A stretch of 64,000 nucleotides of DNA from Paraspadella gotoi. Taxonomy: Eukaryota > Animalia > Chaetognatha. The notes below the pieces were generated by a model that saw only the letters and a program-made list of their open reading frames with translations, searched no databases and was not told where the DNA came from. The DNA is taken from NCBI GenBank assembly GCA_051294375.1, contig CM119269.1, positions 17,011,030 to 17,075,029 on the forward strand, given 5' to 3'. How positions within the stretch are numbered: position 1 is the stretch's first letter; the number at the start of each line of letters is the position of its first letter. The position numbers and the translations under genes were made by a program. Below are positions 49,501-61,413 of the stretch, piece by piece.

Positions 49501-51788
49501 TGGGTGTTTGGAACGAGGTTTCTATCCTTGCAACTGCGGCGGCCTCTAAGCTCGATCTCCCTCTGACGGCGACGGTCGTGCCCCGACTCCCTTCACTTAA
49601 TCTTGAGATCGAGACTCGGACGGAAGTCAGCGTCGGCGGCGTCGAAGCAACCGGAAACGGTTTCAGTCAGGTGCGGGCGACAACGCCGTTAGATGTGAGC
49701 CCAGTGAAAAAATAGTAAAATTCTTTCGATTGTCGTATCAAATTCATTTAGAAAATTTGTTAAACTAAAATACGGTAAAAATGTATTCATTTAAAAGCTT
49801 CATGAATTTGCCTTTTAAAATGGCTTTTTCCATATAATTTAGGCACAGAGATCGAAAGCCTCTTCACTGGCGATAATCGACGTCCTCGCCGGCCAATCCA
49901 TCCACGCAGTCGTCAAAGTCTGTAATACTGGGTCGACTACGGTTGATTTGCTGGATGTTTCTTTCGAGCAGGCTGGTACAGGTAAGACCAGGGGAATACT
50001 GGAGACTCGCATTAATCAATATTAAAATTATTGTACTAAGACTCTTTGTTATTCCTGTTCAGTTCGATCTCGTCAAGCCGAATCGCGATTAAAGTCTAGC
50101 TTCGTCTGTGACGCCAAAGTCTTGCGCCAACGTTTGCCATTGGCGCCCGGCGCCGAGATAAAACTCCCGCTGACGATTCGTGGAGCCGTCGACACCGAAA
50201 CCAGAATTGGGACGGCGGAGGAATCTTCGAGGTGGGAAAAAAATGGTGGTTGATTAATGGGTGCGAGGAGGTGGAATGAAGTACCTTTTTTTTTTTAAAT
50301 ATTACCATCTCCCCCACTGGTCTCGCAGTGCCTCAGTGCCTACCATCACAGAGGCGCTACTCACATTCGTGTATTCCGGCGGCGAAGGGCTCGCCGCGGG
50401 ATTCTGCCGCCACGCCGCCGTCGCTTTTCGGCTAAACGTGCGTCCCTCGATCTCCGCGATGCGTTGGACGGCAACTCCAATTAAAGAAGCGGACGACACC
50501 GCGGAGGACGCAGCCGACGGAAAAGAACTTTTTCAAATGGCGCTGGAATTGAGGAACGTCAGCGATAGAGCGATGAGCGTTTGGGGAACGGGAAAAGACA
50601 AAAGCGACGCGAACAAAAGTGAAATCAATCCTGGAGAAAATGCGGTGGGTGTGGCTGAAAAAGGAAACCAGAATAAAAATTAAAAATTAAGAGGGAAACT
50701 TGATGCCACGTGAAAGCAAAGTAAAAAAAATAATCTGTTAACATAAATTATATGAAATTCGATTTAAAAGTATTAAGTACATAAATTTGTATTGTGTTGT
50801 TGTTGTTGTTTTTTTTGTTTGTTTTTTTGTTTTGTTTTTTGTTTTTTTTCTCGTAAACAACATCGAAACGTTTTAATCGAAAGTTTCTCTAAATCCAGCA
50901 CGTGACACTCCGCCTGCCGAAAGTTCGATTTCCTGACTTTCACGACATCAGCCTGGACGGGATCACCGCTCGACAGGCGCTGGAGGAGAGACGCCTTCAG
51001 TTCGCCCACTTCGTCGCCGATCTCGTCGACGTCCGGTGGAAGATCGATGACGACGACCTCAAAGTTGAAGGATTCGTCGCCTTTGGTGATTGAATTCCTT
51101 CATTTTTCATGTAGTTTTAACTAAAATTCTGAGGATTGTTTATTAGATTTTGTCTTTTTCCAGATCGCCTGATGTGGGACCAATCGAGTCTGTGCGCCAT
51201 GAACAAGCCTCACCTTCGATTCGATTGGACTCACCCGGCCACGCCCATACGTCGAGGGATAGTAACTACCATCCAACTTTCTCTCGTCCCCCACGACGTT
51301 GATGACATTTCGAGCGACACTTCCGTCACCGTCTTGAAAAACGTCCGACTCGATTTTCGGATCGTCGAGGACTCGAAAGAAAGTACTTCAGCCATCTTTG
51401 TCGGGACCAACGTATTCAAACATTCCAAGGTTTGTTTTCTAAAGTCATTTGATGAAGATTTTTTTTTTTTTTTGTGACGAAATTTCGTTGTTTTTTCGCA
51501 GATTTGTTTGGACCGAAACCCGATCGTGACTTCGGTCGATTTGGTTCCGCTGGGAAATTCTAATGACTCCATCGAAGTCTCCTGCGTTTGTTCTGCGACT
51601 GTAAAGGCAAGTAAACACTGTAAAAGCTGGCGCTGTCGCTAGTTTAATTAGTTGCGTATTTCTAATATTTCGCTTCATATATTGAAAAAAAGGACGCCAT
51701 TTGCGATGTTGCAGAGGAAGCGGAGAAGACGGACGGTCGCTGTGCAACTTGGCGCATTCCATCGCAAATTCTTCGCGTCGAAAGTTGA
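37555..51788 (+). CDS. TRAPPC9: Trafficking protein particle complex subunit 9 (NIBP/Trs120), more than 20 exons
   Basis: [24 protein letters not shown]; [16 protein letters not shown]; LESRRLD...[15 protein letters not shown]; [18 protein letters not shown]; [12 protein letters not shown]; IEMEASIKA; [10 protein letters not shown]; [20 protein letters not shown]; [13 protein letters not shown]; SPFIYSP all match TRAPPC9. The junctions of the last exons are less certain. Confidence 0.93.
38211..38836 (+). mobile_element. Helentron/HINE (DINE-1-like) non-autonomous element
   Basis: T-run flanks; 5' subterminal repeat GTCGGATCTG with adjacent partial inverted copy CAGATCCCGAC; GTCG/GTCC microsatellite; 3' subterminal inverted repeat CAGATCCGAC near 38808. 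Confidence 0.55.
38920..39055. repeat. Telomere-like CCCTAA-rich repeat with TIR-like GGTCGGCGAAAGTAAAAGTAACC
   Basis: CCCTAACCCTAA variants; the same terminal motif occurs at about 53728-53750, and TTAGGG variants at 38140-38175. Confidence 0.6.
40290..40650. repeat. About 20-23 bp minisatellite (ATCATCGCATCAATGAATGATT drifting to ATCATTGCATCAATATTTGGTT)
   Basis: Tandem degenerate units directly upstream of a TRAPPC9 acceptor. Confidence 0.85.
42105..43948. mobile_element. Tc1/mariner-like non-autonomous element (outer element of a nest)
   Basis: TIRs TACATTCATGTGCCAAAAAAAACGCGCGACTTAA and TTAAGTGTCGCGGTTTTTTTGCACAGAACTGTA, with TA termini. Confidence 0.7.
42619..43722. mobile_element. pogo/Tc1-like non-autonomous element nested inside 42105-43948
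   Basis: TIRs GGGTAGTGCGGGGTAATTCGGAAC and GTTCCGAATTACCCTGCACTACCC, each flanked by TA; internal GTTCCGTTTTACC sub-repeats. Confidence 0.8.
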
Positions 51789-52315
51789 TTTCTTTGCGTT
51801 TTTTTTTTTTAACTAGTTTTCGTTTTAACTTGCGTCTTCTAGTCATCAAATACAAAAAAAATTGACTTGGAATTCATTTTCTGTGCCTCATTCTACGGCC
51901 ACATACGGAGGGCTGAAATTGTAATCTGCACCATCTAGGAAACTCGATGTACGAGGTTTTCGTTTCAGCGATGCGAGTCGTAGTAAAACCATCGCATTTG
52001 AAGTGGGGGATAAAATTACAAAAAGAAAAAAAATTAAAGAAAAATACAAATCGAAGACAGAAAGATTTCGATCTTCATTCGTCGAGTTTGTACGTCGATC
52101 CTCTTTTTCGAAAGTTTAAAACAAAATGCCTCAAACTAATTTAATTTCCGCGTTCCTTTCTTCCCATACGAGATGAAAAAATAAGACTAAATGCAAATAA
52201 ATAATTTAATACAAATTTCGCTACATTGTCATTCGTTGAGAAAAGTACAATAAGTAAAACAAAACAAAACTTTTGGCACAATTCTTTGGACATGATTTTG
52301 CAATATGTTGTCCCG

Positions 52316-55079
52316 CTAAGACAGCGAGCAGCCCCATCTGGATTGATCCGGGTAATGCGGGAAATAGCAGCGGAGATCTTGACCGAAGATCCAAAAAATA
52401 CCCTCTTTTCCCTTGTAGCGGTACCGCACTTCGGTTACGGGCACAGCGGTCAGAGCGTGACGTTGTAACAGCGGGCGTTCGTACTCCATCAGAGCGGCAT
52501 GCTCGTCCAACAGTTCCTGTAGTTGAAGGGGGGCAATAAACATCTAGGGCGAATTGCATAAAATTTCTCACGGCCTTGCTACACTGCCAGAATAACAACT
52601 CTGGGCAGGTGTGGGGGGCAGGGTTGTGACCGCAGACAGCGTGTGGAAATTAATACTCTTGTTTAATGCTCTTAACCCCTGCATAGCTACCTAGTTTATT
52701 CGGTAATCTCATACATACCTGTCCAAAGTCAGGGGCAAGATAGCTTATTTATTAAATGAATGGATAATTTTATATTGGTTGTACCAATTTCATAAAATTC
52801 AGCTCCTTGTATTTGATGTTAGTGCGGAGTACAATAAGTATTCCCGATCTAATACTTAAGGGAGTGGTCTTTTCATACAATTGAAACATTCTTTGAAATA
52901 TTATACCACTTCATTGATAGGGAAGCCAGGTACTCTGGGAGTGAATAAACGAGACTGAGAGAGAGTCTTGATTGAAACCTTGCAGGGACCTGCTATGTCA
53001 TTATCTTGTAAGAGTGATGGAGGCCTTAAACCACCAAAGCCTGTCCAAAGTCAGGGGCAAGATAGCTTATTTATTAAATGAATGGATAATTTTTTATATT
53101 GGTTGTACCAATTTCATAAGGGAATATAATTTGACTAAGGTCTTGTGATCGATTAGTATTGTTATTGTTAGTATTTTTTTTTTTTCGTGGTTAAGTGAAC
53201 ATAAATATTAAAGTAACCATCGTTAAAAAAAATTGAACCATAGAAACTTCGGTAACCGATCCTTTTTGTCTCACCTTGGATTTCGCTTCGACTTGCGGCG
53301 CAGAACGCCGGCGAATGTGCGTCACCGTTGTTCGAGTTTCTTCGAAGACGACGACTCCCGTTTCGCCGCGTAAAACTTCTGGCGGAATAGAAGACGTCTC
53401 GAAGGCGTGGTCGCTTTTGTGTACGTGGAAACTGATGCCGAGCATGACGCAGTATTTTAGCCGGCAACTTCCCCCGCATCCCTTGCACTTTTGTCTCCCG
53501 TCGCCTCCGCACGTGGCGCATTTCTTCTTGCCGCGGCCATGGCAGAAGGCGCACTTGGACCGGCGACCCTAGAGGTCGGAAGATATCGGTTAAGGATAAG
53601 GGGCAAGTAACAATTTAGGTTAAGTTTTAACTTTCGCCGACCGCGGTTATGGCGGCTTTGGAAAAATTATTTAAAAATAATTAAAAAAGAAAATATTACT
53701 TAATTACCCTAACCCCTCCCTAACCCTGGTCGGCGAATGTAAAAGTAACCCACAATTTTAAATCATCGCCTTCACGATCACACTTGCCTGCCTCGTTGTT
53801 CTCCCCGAACCGTGGCACTTGGTACACTTGACGTTCCTCTTGGCCTTGCACTTGACGCACTTTGCGGCGCCGCGTCCGCGGCACTGCACGCAGTTTCTCA
53901 ACGACGCCGTGTGTGGCACTTCAACGTTGGAAGCGTGGGGTGTGAAGGCGGCGGGGGGTCGTGCGGGGATGGACCAAGGGTCGGGCGGATCTCCGTTCTC
54001 GGGCCCGTTGACCGACTGACCCTCGAATGGATCTGAGCTCCAGAACACCGTCCGCGATTCGGCGAACGATTCGACAAAGTAGTGCAGCGCTGGCGACGGG
54101 GTCACCGAGATATATCGCATCTTCTTTGCAGCCGCGGTGCCCCAGCAACGATTGCTCTTCACCATGAGGAGCACCGCTTTTCTGCAAGAAAAAGTAGCGA
54201 GAGAAAATTTTGGAGGTGGTGGATAGGCTAAATGTGAAGGAATGAGCGGGAAAAAAATTATTATGCTAAACAAACATGAAAGAAGCTAGAAGCTAGCATG
54301 AAAGAAATCTCAACAATCATGGCTAAAAGTAATCAGCCCCTTGCCCTGCTCTGTGTTCAGCATTCGCACGACCGTTTTCATTGTTGAATTTTTTCTTCTC
54401 TGCGCTAGCCCCTCTACCGTTTGTCAACGACTACTAGTACTATGTACATAACACTATTAACAGTCCTACTAAATTCTAATCCTCAGTCTCTATAAACCTA
54501 TTAAGTTTTATACCTAATCGTCCTCTCGTCGGGCACGAGGTCGGGCACTTCCAGTCGCCTCCCGCCCGCCAAACCCTCCAGCGAGCTCTTCAGAACGGGC
54601 GGCGGTGGCGGCGGCGCGTTGGCGTATTCCAGTACGTAGTTCTCCAACGCCTCCGTCTGGCGTTCATCTTCGCTGTCGTACTCTTCCTCGTAGTCGTCGT
54701 CCTGCAGGAAACTCCCGTCGACGCAGCTGCTGCGACCGCTGCGCGATTCCAACGCCGCTTCGTCGTCGTCGTCGAAGTCGTCGTCATCCTCCTCCGCGTA
54801 ACGACTTTCGAAGTCCGCGTTTTCCTCGTCCTCTTCCTCGCTGTTCAACGGCGCCATCTCCGCGAGCGTCGGCTCCGCCATCTTGCGTTCGCCTACGGAA
54901 TTCCGCGCTCGGTCGAGGAGGTTCGAGTCGAATCTATTGAAGGTGGCGCCGTGGTCGAGTTGCTTCGTAGAGAACGTGACGTTTTTGACCGTGGATGCGG
55001 AAGAGTCACTGGCGGCGCTGTTGGGGTCGTCGTCGGCGTCGTCCTCTTGACGTCGAATGGCGGGAAAATGATTGTTCAT
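52316..55079 (-). CDS. SSUH2: SSUH2-like DnaJ-type zinc-finger protein; exons 55079-54514, 54181-53788, 53568-53275, 52516-52316
   Basis: CWG..AAKKM, ESFAESR...W...PF.GQ.V.GPENG.PPDPW.IP, VEVPHTAS, repeated CxxCxGxG motifs, LLQRH.L..VPVTEV.Y.Y.GK, G.D..C....YP, and a C-terminal CaaX-like CSLS. Confidence 0.88.
52719..53120 (+). mobile_element. Dispersed repeat (partial tandem: tail 52719-52796, longer copy about 52910-53119), possibly a Penelope-like terminal repeat
   Basis: Near-identical CCTGTCCAAAGTCAGGGGCAAGATAGCTTATTTATTAAATGAATGGATAATTTT..ATATTGGTTGTACCAATTTCATAA occurs twice. Homologous copy at 62576-62772; fragments at 8885-8918 (reverse), about 18895-18938, 23866-23895, 24652-24686, 25783-25815 and 43585-43610. 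Confidence 0.6.
53618..53750. mobile_element. Short MITE with TIRs and a CCCTAA-like interior (SSUH2 intron)
   Basis: GGTTAAGTTTTAACTTTCGCCGACC ... GGTCGGCGAATGTAAAAGTAACC. Confidence 0.65.
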
Positions 55080-58000
55080 TCCTCAGTTCACTCGTTAAAA
55101 AAAAAGGTTGTTCTGGATTAAAATGAACATGGTTGTACGCAATTTAATAAAAAAATTCAGAATGTTGTTAAAATAAAATATCAAAATGTAATTTTAATAG
55201 ACATTAGACAGTTTACGACGAAAATTAAAAGAAGTTACTCGTTTACTTTTTACTATCCTTTTGTTTTCAAACTTTCTTCTCGTTTTCCACAAAAATTTTC
55301 TGGCCCCTCGAAGCCCGGGGCCTTCAAAAGACCGCGTTGGTCCCGCAACTGCCCGACGCTTTGCGAGATCCTGGGTCTTCACGCCCTATCTCGGCCCTCC
55401 CCCCAAAAATCTTTCGCCGGGGATAACGAGAACCGCCGGACCCATGGGCGCGGGAAAATTGAGAGAAGATGCCGGGAGACCTTGGGAGGGAGAAGAAGGG
55501 GAGAGGAGAGAGAGAGAGAGAGAGATCCGCTGGGTCTTTTATCGCTTTATCGCAATTTTTAGTGAAGGAAACGAGAAAATATCGATTCTGAAGACTTGGA
55601 TCTTTTTCCAGGACAAAGATCGATGGTGCGGGCGAAGAAATATTTCGCTTTTGATCTTTTTTTTTTAAGTTTTTATATTCGAACCTTTTGAGCGTGTGTG
55701 ATTTTAGTTAATTTTTTTTAAATAAGTTAAACCACCCTTAACCGAATTGTTAACCGTTTAAAAAATATAATATAAAAATAGCAATTAAATTTATAACAAA
55801 TATTCGAAGAAATAATACGAAATATGCACACAAAAAATTTTTCACTAACGAAAAATGAAGAAATGAGACGACGCTAGAGGGAAAACAAAATTCAATGGAT
55901 TAACAAAACACCAACCGGTAGAAGCGGTCATCGGTCATCGTTCATCGGTCATAGAAATTTTAAAAAATCCAGTAATCTCGTTGTTTGTTAGAGAGACTAA
56001 ATTCGTGCGTGTTCCTTTTTATCGAGATACATATCCGCCCCTTTCGACTCTATCTCTCTTTCTCTCTCTCTCAACTCTATCTCTCTCTCTATTCTCGTTG
56101 GGCCTTTCTCGAGTAACCAACGAATCTGCCCCATAGACTCGTCTTCCCCACGAAGCTCTCTTTGTTCGATCAAACAAAAATATTGCACAAGTCCTCGCCC
56201 TCGTTTTTTTTGAAACTCTCTCTCTCTCTCCCTCCCCTCGCTCTCACTCTTTTTTTGAGTCAGGGCCAGGAAACTCGTTTTTTTACTCACCAATTTGAAG
56301 TCTTTCGCCGCTGATCTCGACGAAGGACGACGTGAGTAAAATTGACGTAATTGACGGATTCGAACGCGAATTCGGCCTTGGAACGTCACCCGACGTCCGT
56401 TTCGCTAAAGGGCCCGATCTCTGACGCAAACCTTTTCGCCCATATTGATCGATCGATTGATTTTGATTGATTTTTTTTGATCGAATATTTAAACTTTTGA
56501 GATGCTCTTTTTTTTTTCTCCAAGTTTCGTCACGAAAGAGTTCAAAGATTCGTGATTAATTATCACCATGAGCGGTTAATCCTTTCGTTTTTTCTTCTTT
56601 GTTTTACAGTCGATCCCCTGCCCCTCCCTTCACCTCCATTCTCTGCTTCTCGATCTCTTCTTTTGCCTCTTTATTATTACCCACTACCCAGCCCTTGCTC
56701 CGACCCTCCCCCCTGCCCCACCCCAAGCGGCCCCATAACCATTCGCGAGATTTATTTATATCCGAAGCAGTCGTTTGCTTTTGATTCTTCTTTTTACGAG
56801 CGAGATAAAAAAACAAACAAAATTCATTCGTTTTTGCGTTTGAAGCAACGCAGATTATATTTATTATTGTTGCAGGGAATCGATATGTCTAGTCAATTAT
56901 TATTACGAGGCTTATGCTTTTATCCAGCTATTCTTAGTGGGTAACGGTAATTATCTCAGTTTAAATAATATAGAGTTAAGCTTTCAGAAAAAAAAAAAGC
57001 TTTTCGTGCAACTTGAGACATCCCTCTGCGTAACTTAATAAGAACAGCGCTTCAAAATAAAAATTACTTTGCACGTGTTTTAGCCACGAGAGACTTTTTT
57101 ACGAACTATTTTATATATAAACTGAAAACTTTCAAACTCAACTTCTCTTTGTCGTCTTCTGTGTCATATCCGTGTCATCGAAACTGGGCGAAGAACGTCG
57201 AGGCCTCCTCCTCGTACTCGTTCCTTTTGATTGATATCGCTTTTCTTTTGTCCCTCCCCTTTTTCTTCTCTCTCTCGAATATCTTCTTTCACTACTTCGC
57301 TTTCACGTTGACGAGAAAATATTCGAGATGTGAATCTGAGAGATTGTAGAAGACGAAAAAATAATGATGGTAGAATCAGGGAGATAGTATTAAACAAATC
57401 TCTAGTTTTAAAACATTAAACAAAATTTATCCTTGCATTTAAGAGTCTGCCTACATGTACGAATAATAATTTTAAAATTCTTGTTAGCGACATAAAAATA
57501 ATTTAACTTTGAGCCCATAGAATTGGCGAATTGTAACATCGACGATGAAAATTCTTCCTAATTTCGAGATAAGGCATCCTTTATAATATATATATAAATT
57601 ATATATTTCAAATTTTATGAATTTTGGGATAAGGCATTCTTTAAAATTATATATTTCATGTTTTATGAATGACAATTGCTCCTTTCTTCTTTTTTTTCTC
57701 TCTAGAGGACTCTAGCTGTTTTGTGAAATATCTTTATCTTGGTAGAAAAACAAATGAACTTTACGCCACTAATTACACCGTGTTTGCGGCCTTGCCTTAG
57801 ACTTTTCAAATAAATAAGAGTGACATGGTCCATTAAATCTGTTTAAAAAAATGTAATTTCTAGGTTGCGTTTGTATCGATTACCACTTTTTTCGGGAAAT
57901 ATATTTATCCAAGTCAATACAATACAATAGAGAATTTTCTGCGATGTTATCATTATCATATTCATTATCATATTTATTATCCTCTTCTCCCTCATCTTCA

Positions 58001-58233
58001 TCTTTCTTCCTTAACAGGTAAAACTCCCTACCTCCCCCCCCCAACCCAAACCAGTAGCCCCCTTCACTCTTTTCGTGTCGCCGCCGACGAAAGCGACGGA
58101 TTCTTTTTTTGGTGGCGCCCTAATTGACACTCGGCGGCGTTGTCAGCGGCGCCGCGTCTTCCTCCGGCGCCCGACCAGGTGGCGGGTTAATCACTCTGTC
58201 CGTCAAGCGGCTCTTCTTTCGAGTTAGAGGAAG

Positions 58234-58288
<55 letters not shown>

Positions 58289-58684
58289 TTGCCGCTTACA
58301 GTATCGAAGATCTTTCATTTCGTCCTATATTTTTTTATCAATTTCAAATCAGCGCTCTATTAATTGTAAAGCTAAAAGTTGCCTTTGCCTTTGCCTTTAC
58401 CTTTGCCTTTGCATTTGCATTTGCATTTGCCTTTCACTCTCGCTATTTTCACACCCTCTCTCTTAGCCCGCCACAATCCAACCCCTTTTTCTCACCTACG
58501 CCTTCCTGCCTTAATTAAACTTTTTCCAGCTCCCTCTAGCTGCTTACGCCTCGGCCGCCGCCATCTCTGCCGCCGCCGCCGCCGCCGCCGCCGCCGAATC
58601 CCCACCCTCGATTTGGATCCGAGTCAGGACTCCATCGCCGCGACTTTGATTAAATTCGTCGGCGGGGGGCGGCAGCGGCGACCG

Positions 58685-58727
58685 GTATCCAGGCAACCGA
58701 CGCCCAAGCTACGGTTGCCATGGTAAT
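58685..58727. promoter_or_regulatory. Tandem RFX X-box-like motifs
   Basis: GTATCCAGGCAAC (58685-58697) and GTTGCCATGGTAAT (58714-58727) inside a CpG-rich patch; E-box CACGTG follows at about 58743. Confidence 0.4.
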
Positions 58728-59386
58728 CAGTCCGAAGGTAAACACGTGGCTATCCCGAGGAAAAAAAAAGAGGGAGGAGACTTGGGGACTTACTTTGCTC
58801 ACGCACTTTAGTCGGTCTAACCTTCTGTCGGTCGGTCAGGATCGCGATGTACTATATTAAATTATTATTATCATAGTCTATCCTTAAGTTGCATTTTACG
58901 TCCTATTTATTTATTTTTGTCCCATTATAATTATGCTCAGCGTTCTTAACTTCATTGTAGGCTTGATTGGTATATTTTTTTGTCACGACGGTCGTTCTCT
59001 CCTTAAAACCTATTAGTTTTTTCGTCGTCGTCGTTGCTCGGTCGCCTGGACCGACCAATGGACTTAATCCGAATTTTTTGCGTCTGATTTTTAGTCGTTG
59101 AGGTCAGCAGGTCGAAAAAGAGAAAAGGCGATTCGTTGATTAAAAGAAAATTGTGGCCCAGATCTAAATTGGAAAGTCTTTTACTTGTGCGTCGGCCACA
59201 AATCGTCGAAACTCGACAAAATGTACGACCAAGCATTGCGAAAGCACGCACAAAGCGTCGCCAAGCACCATCGCAATTGGCGATGGCGCCAACTATAAAT
59301 CAAATCGATTCGTTGGGAGACGAAGGCGGTCATCCTCCTTTTCTCCGTTTTAATTCAAAGTTTCCGAGAGAAAAACTCGACAAAAT

Positions 59387-59449
<63 letters not shown>

Positions 59450-61343
59450 CCGCTCCGTTAAACCCAAGAAGTAGCCCCCTCGTCCAACGCCTCGTCGTCG
59501 TCGTCGTCGTCGCCGTTAATTGACGGTCTCCCTGGCGACGCGTCTTTTTTTTTTTACGATCACGTGATCCCGATTTTTTCTCTTTTCTATTCAAAAACGG
59601 AATTAAATTAATTAAATTCGATCGATGTAACGAATGAGAAATAATGGACTCTTCGCCTTCGGCCGCCCGTGAGAAAGAAAAAAAAATGCCTTCATAACAT
59701 TATTTTTTTTAATTTTTAAAGTTTCAAGTTTGTTTTCTGTTGAGCGCCTGTGCGCTATAATTTTTGAAAGAATATGTATTTAGTAACTAACTGCTGTAGC
59801 ACTCTGATTATGTTTATTTTTAAAAATTAAAAATTATCCCTTTTTTAGTAAAATCAATGGTTACTTATACGATTTGAATAACTGACACTGTCCTATTTAA
59901 AAGAAAGAATGATCTTTGAGCGCTCGGCCGAGGACCGTCGGGTCAATTTAATTTTTGTACCATTTTTAATTTTCGTTAATGTTTTTCGTGCGTCGGTCGC
60001 GAGAGACAAAGACGTCGGCGACGACGACGACGACGACGACGACACCGCCGCCGCGTTTCTTTCATTAATTTATTTTTTTCATATGAATTAAAAGTCGCAG
60101 AGCGGTTTTATCGTCGCTTATGAATAATATGAATATTTTATTGTTTCTTTCCTTTTTTTTTCCCCTGAAAGGCAGATTTCGTATTTTAGCGATACAATGT
60201 ACGCTAACGTCGATAAACGACGTTGCTACGTCGTGACTAATCCTCCCTTTCAAACTTTTGGTTAAATAAGATTCAAAAACTTTTTCGGTGCCAATATGAC
60301 CACCTCCCCCCCTCCAACTACCCCACCCCTTCATCTCTCCTGACTTTGTCCATCGCCAAATGAGGCGAACGGGACAAGAGGCCGCCGTTGAAAAAAGGCA
60401 ACGACGACGACGACGACGACGAGGACGACGCTTGATTATTAAACTTCATCTCAGACGGATTTGTTTTTGTTAAATGAATCGGGCGGACGCCTCCGCCGCC
60501 TCCGCCGCCTCCGCCGCTGCCGTCGCCGCCGCCGCCGCCACTGTGGACGAGGGTGAGGGCGCCGCAGTCGACTTCGTCTCTCGATCAAAGTCTGACTCAC
60601 TTTTTTTCCCTCGCGATTCGATGCATTTTTTTCTTTTTTATGATACTTTTTAGTTTCAATTTTTATTTCTTATTCAAATCTGATTAAATTTAGCGAAGAA
60701 GAATTTTAAAATATATTCATAAAATTCTCATGGCTCATAGATTAGAATGTTAAAGATTCGTATATATCGCTTACGAATTATACTTCACGATACACCCGCC
60801 AAAAATAACAAATTAATTAATTACTCTCTCGACTTGTGCGGTGGTCGAAATTCCGTTTCCTTTTCCCTCGGCGATCATCGCCTTCCCGCGGAATAATTAA
60901 GAAACGAAGCCGTAACTTTGGACCTTCGGTTAAAACTCGGAGCCAATTAACTTTTCCTTTTCCCCGTCCCTCCGAAAAGGACCTCACCTCCCCAAACTCC
61001 ATGTAGTGCCACCACTCCAAGCTCCCTTCAAACGTCAGGCTCGTCTCCCGACCAACTAGCGCCTCTCGCGGGTTAAATAAGAAAAACCAAAGTCATAAAC
61101 AAAAGGAACTCGAAACTACTGCTTCTTCCTTTTCTTAAACGGAAAAACGGACTTCGGTTGCCATGGACGCCGAAATGTCCGAGTCACGTGAGCGAAGGGC
61201 GTCTCTCGCTCTCTCGCCGGTCGAGAGAAAGAGAGAGACCGCCCTTCACAAAGCCTGACAGTTTAGGCAGGAAAAGGTGGGAGAACGCGGACTGTAAAAA
61301 TTCCCTTGTTCCCTCGTCCCCCCACCTTTCTCCGCTTCTCTCT

Positions 61344-61413
<70 letters not shown>

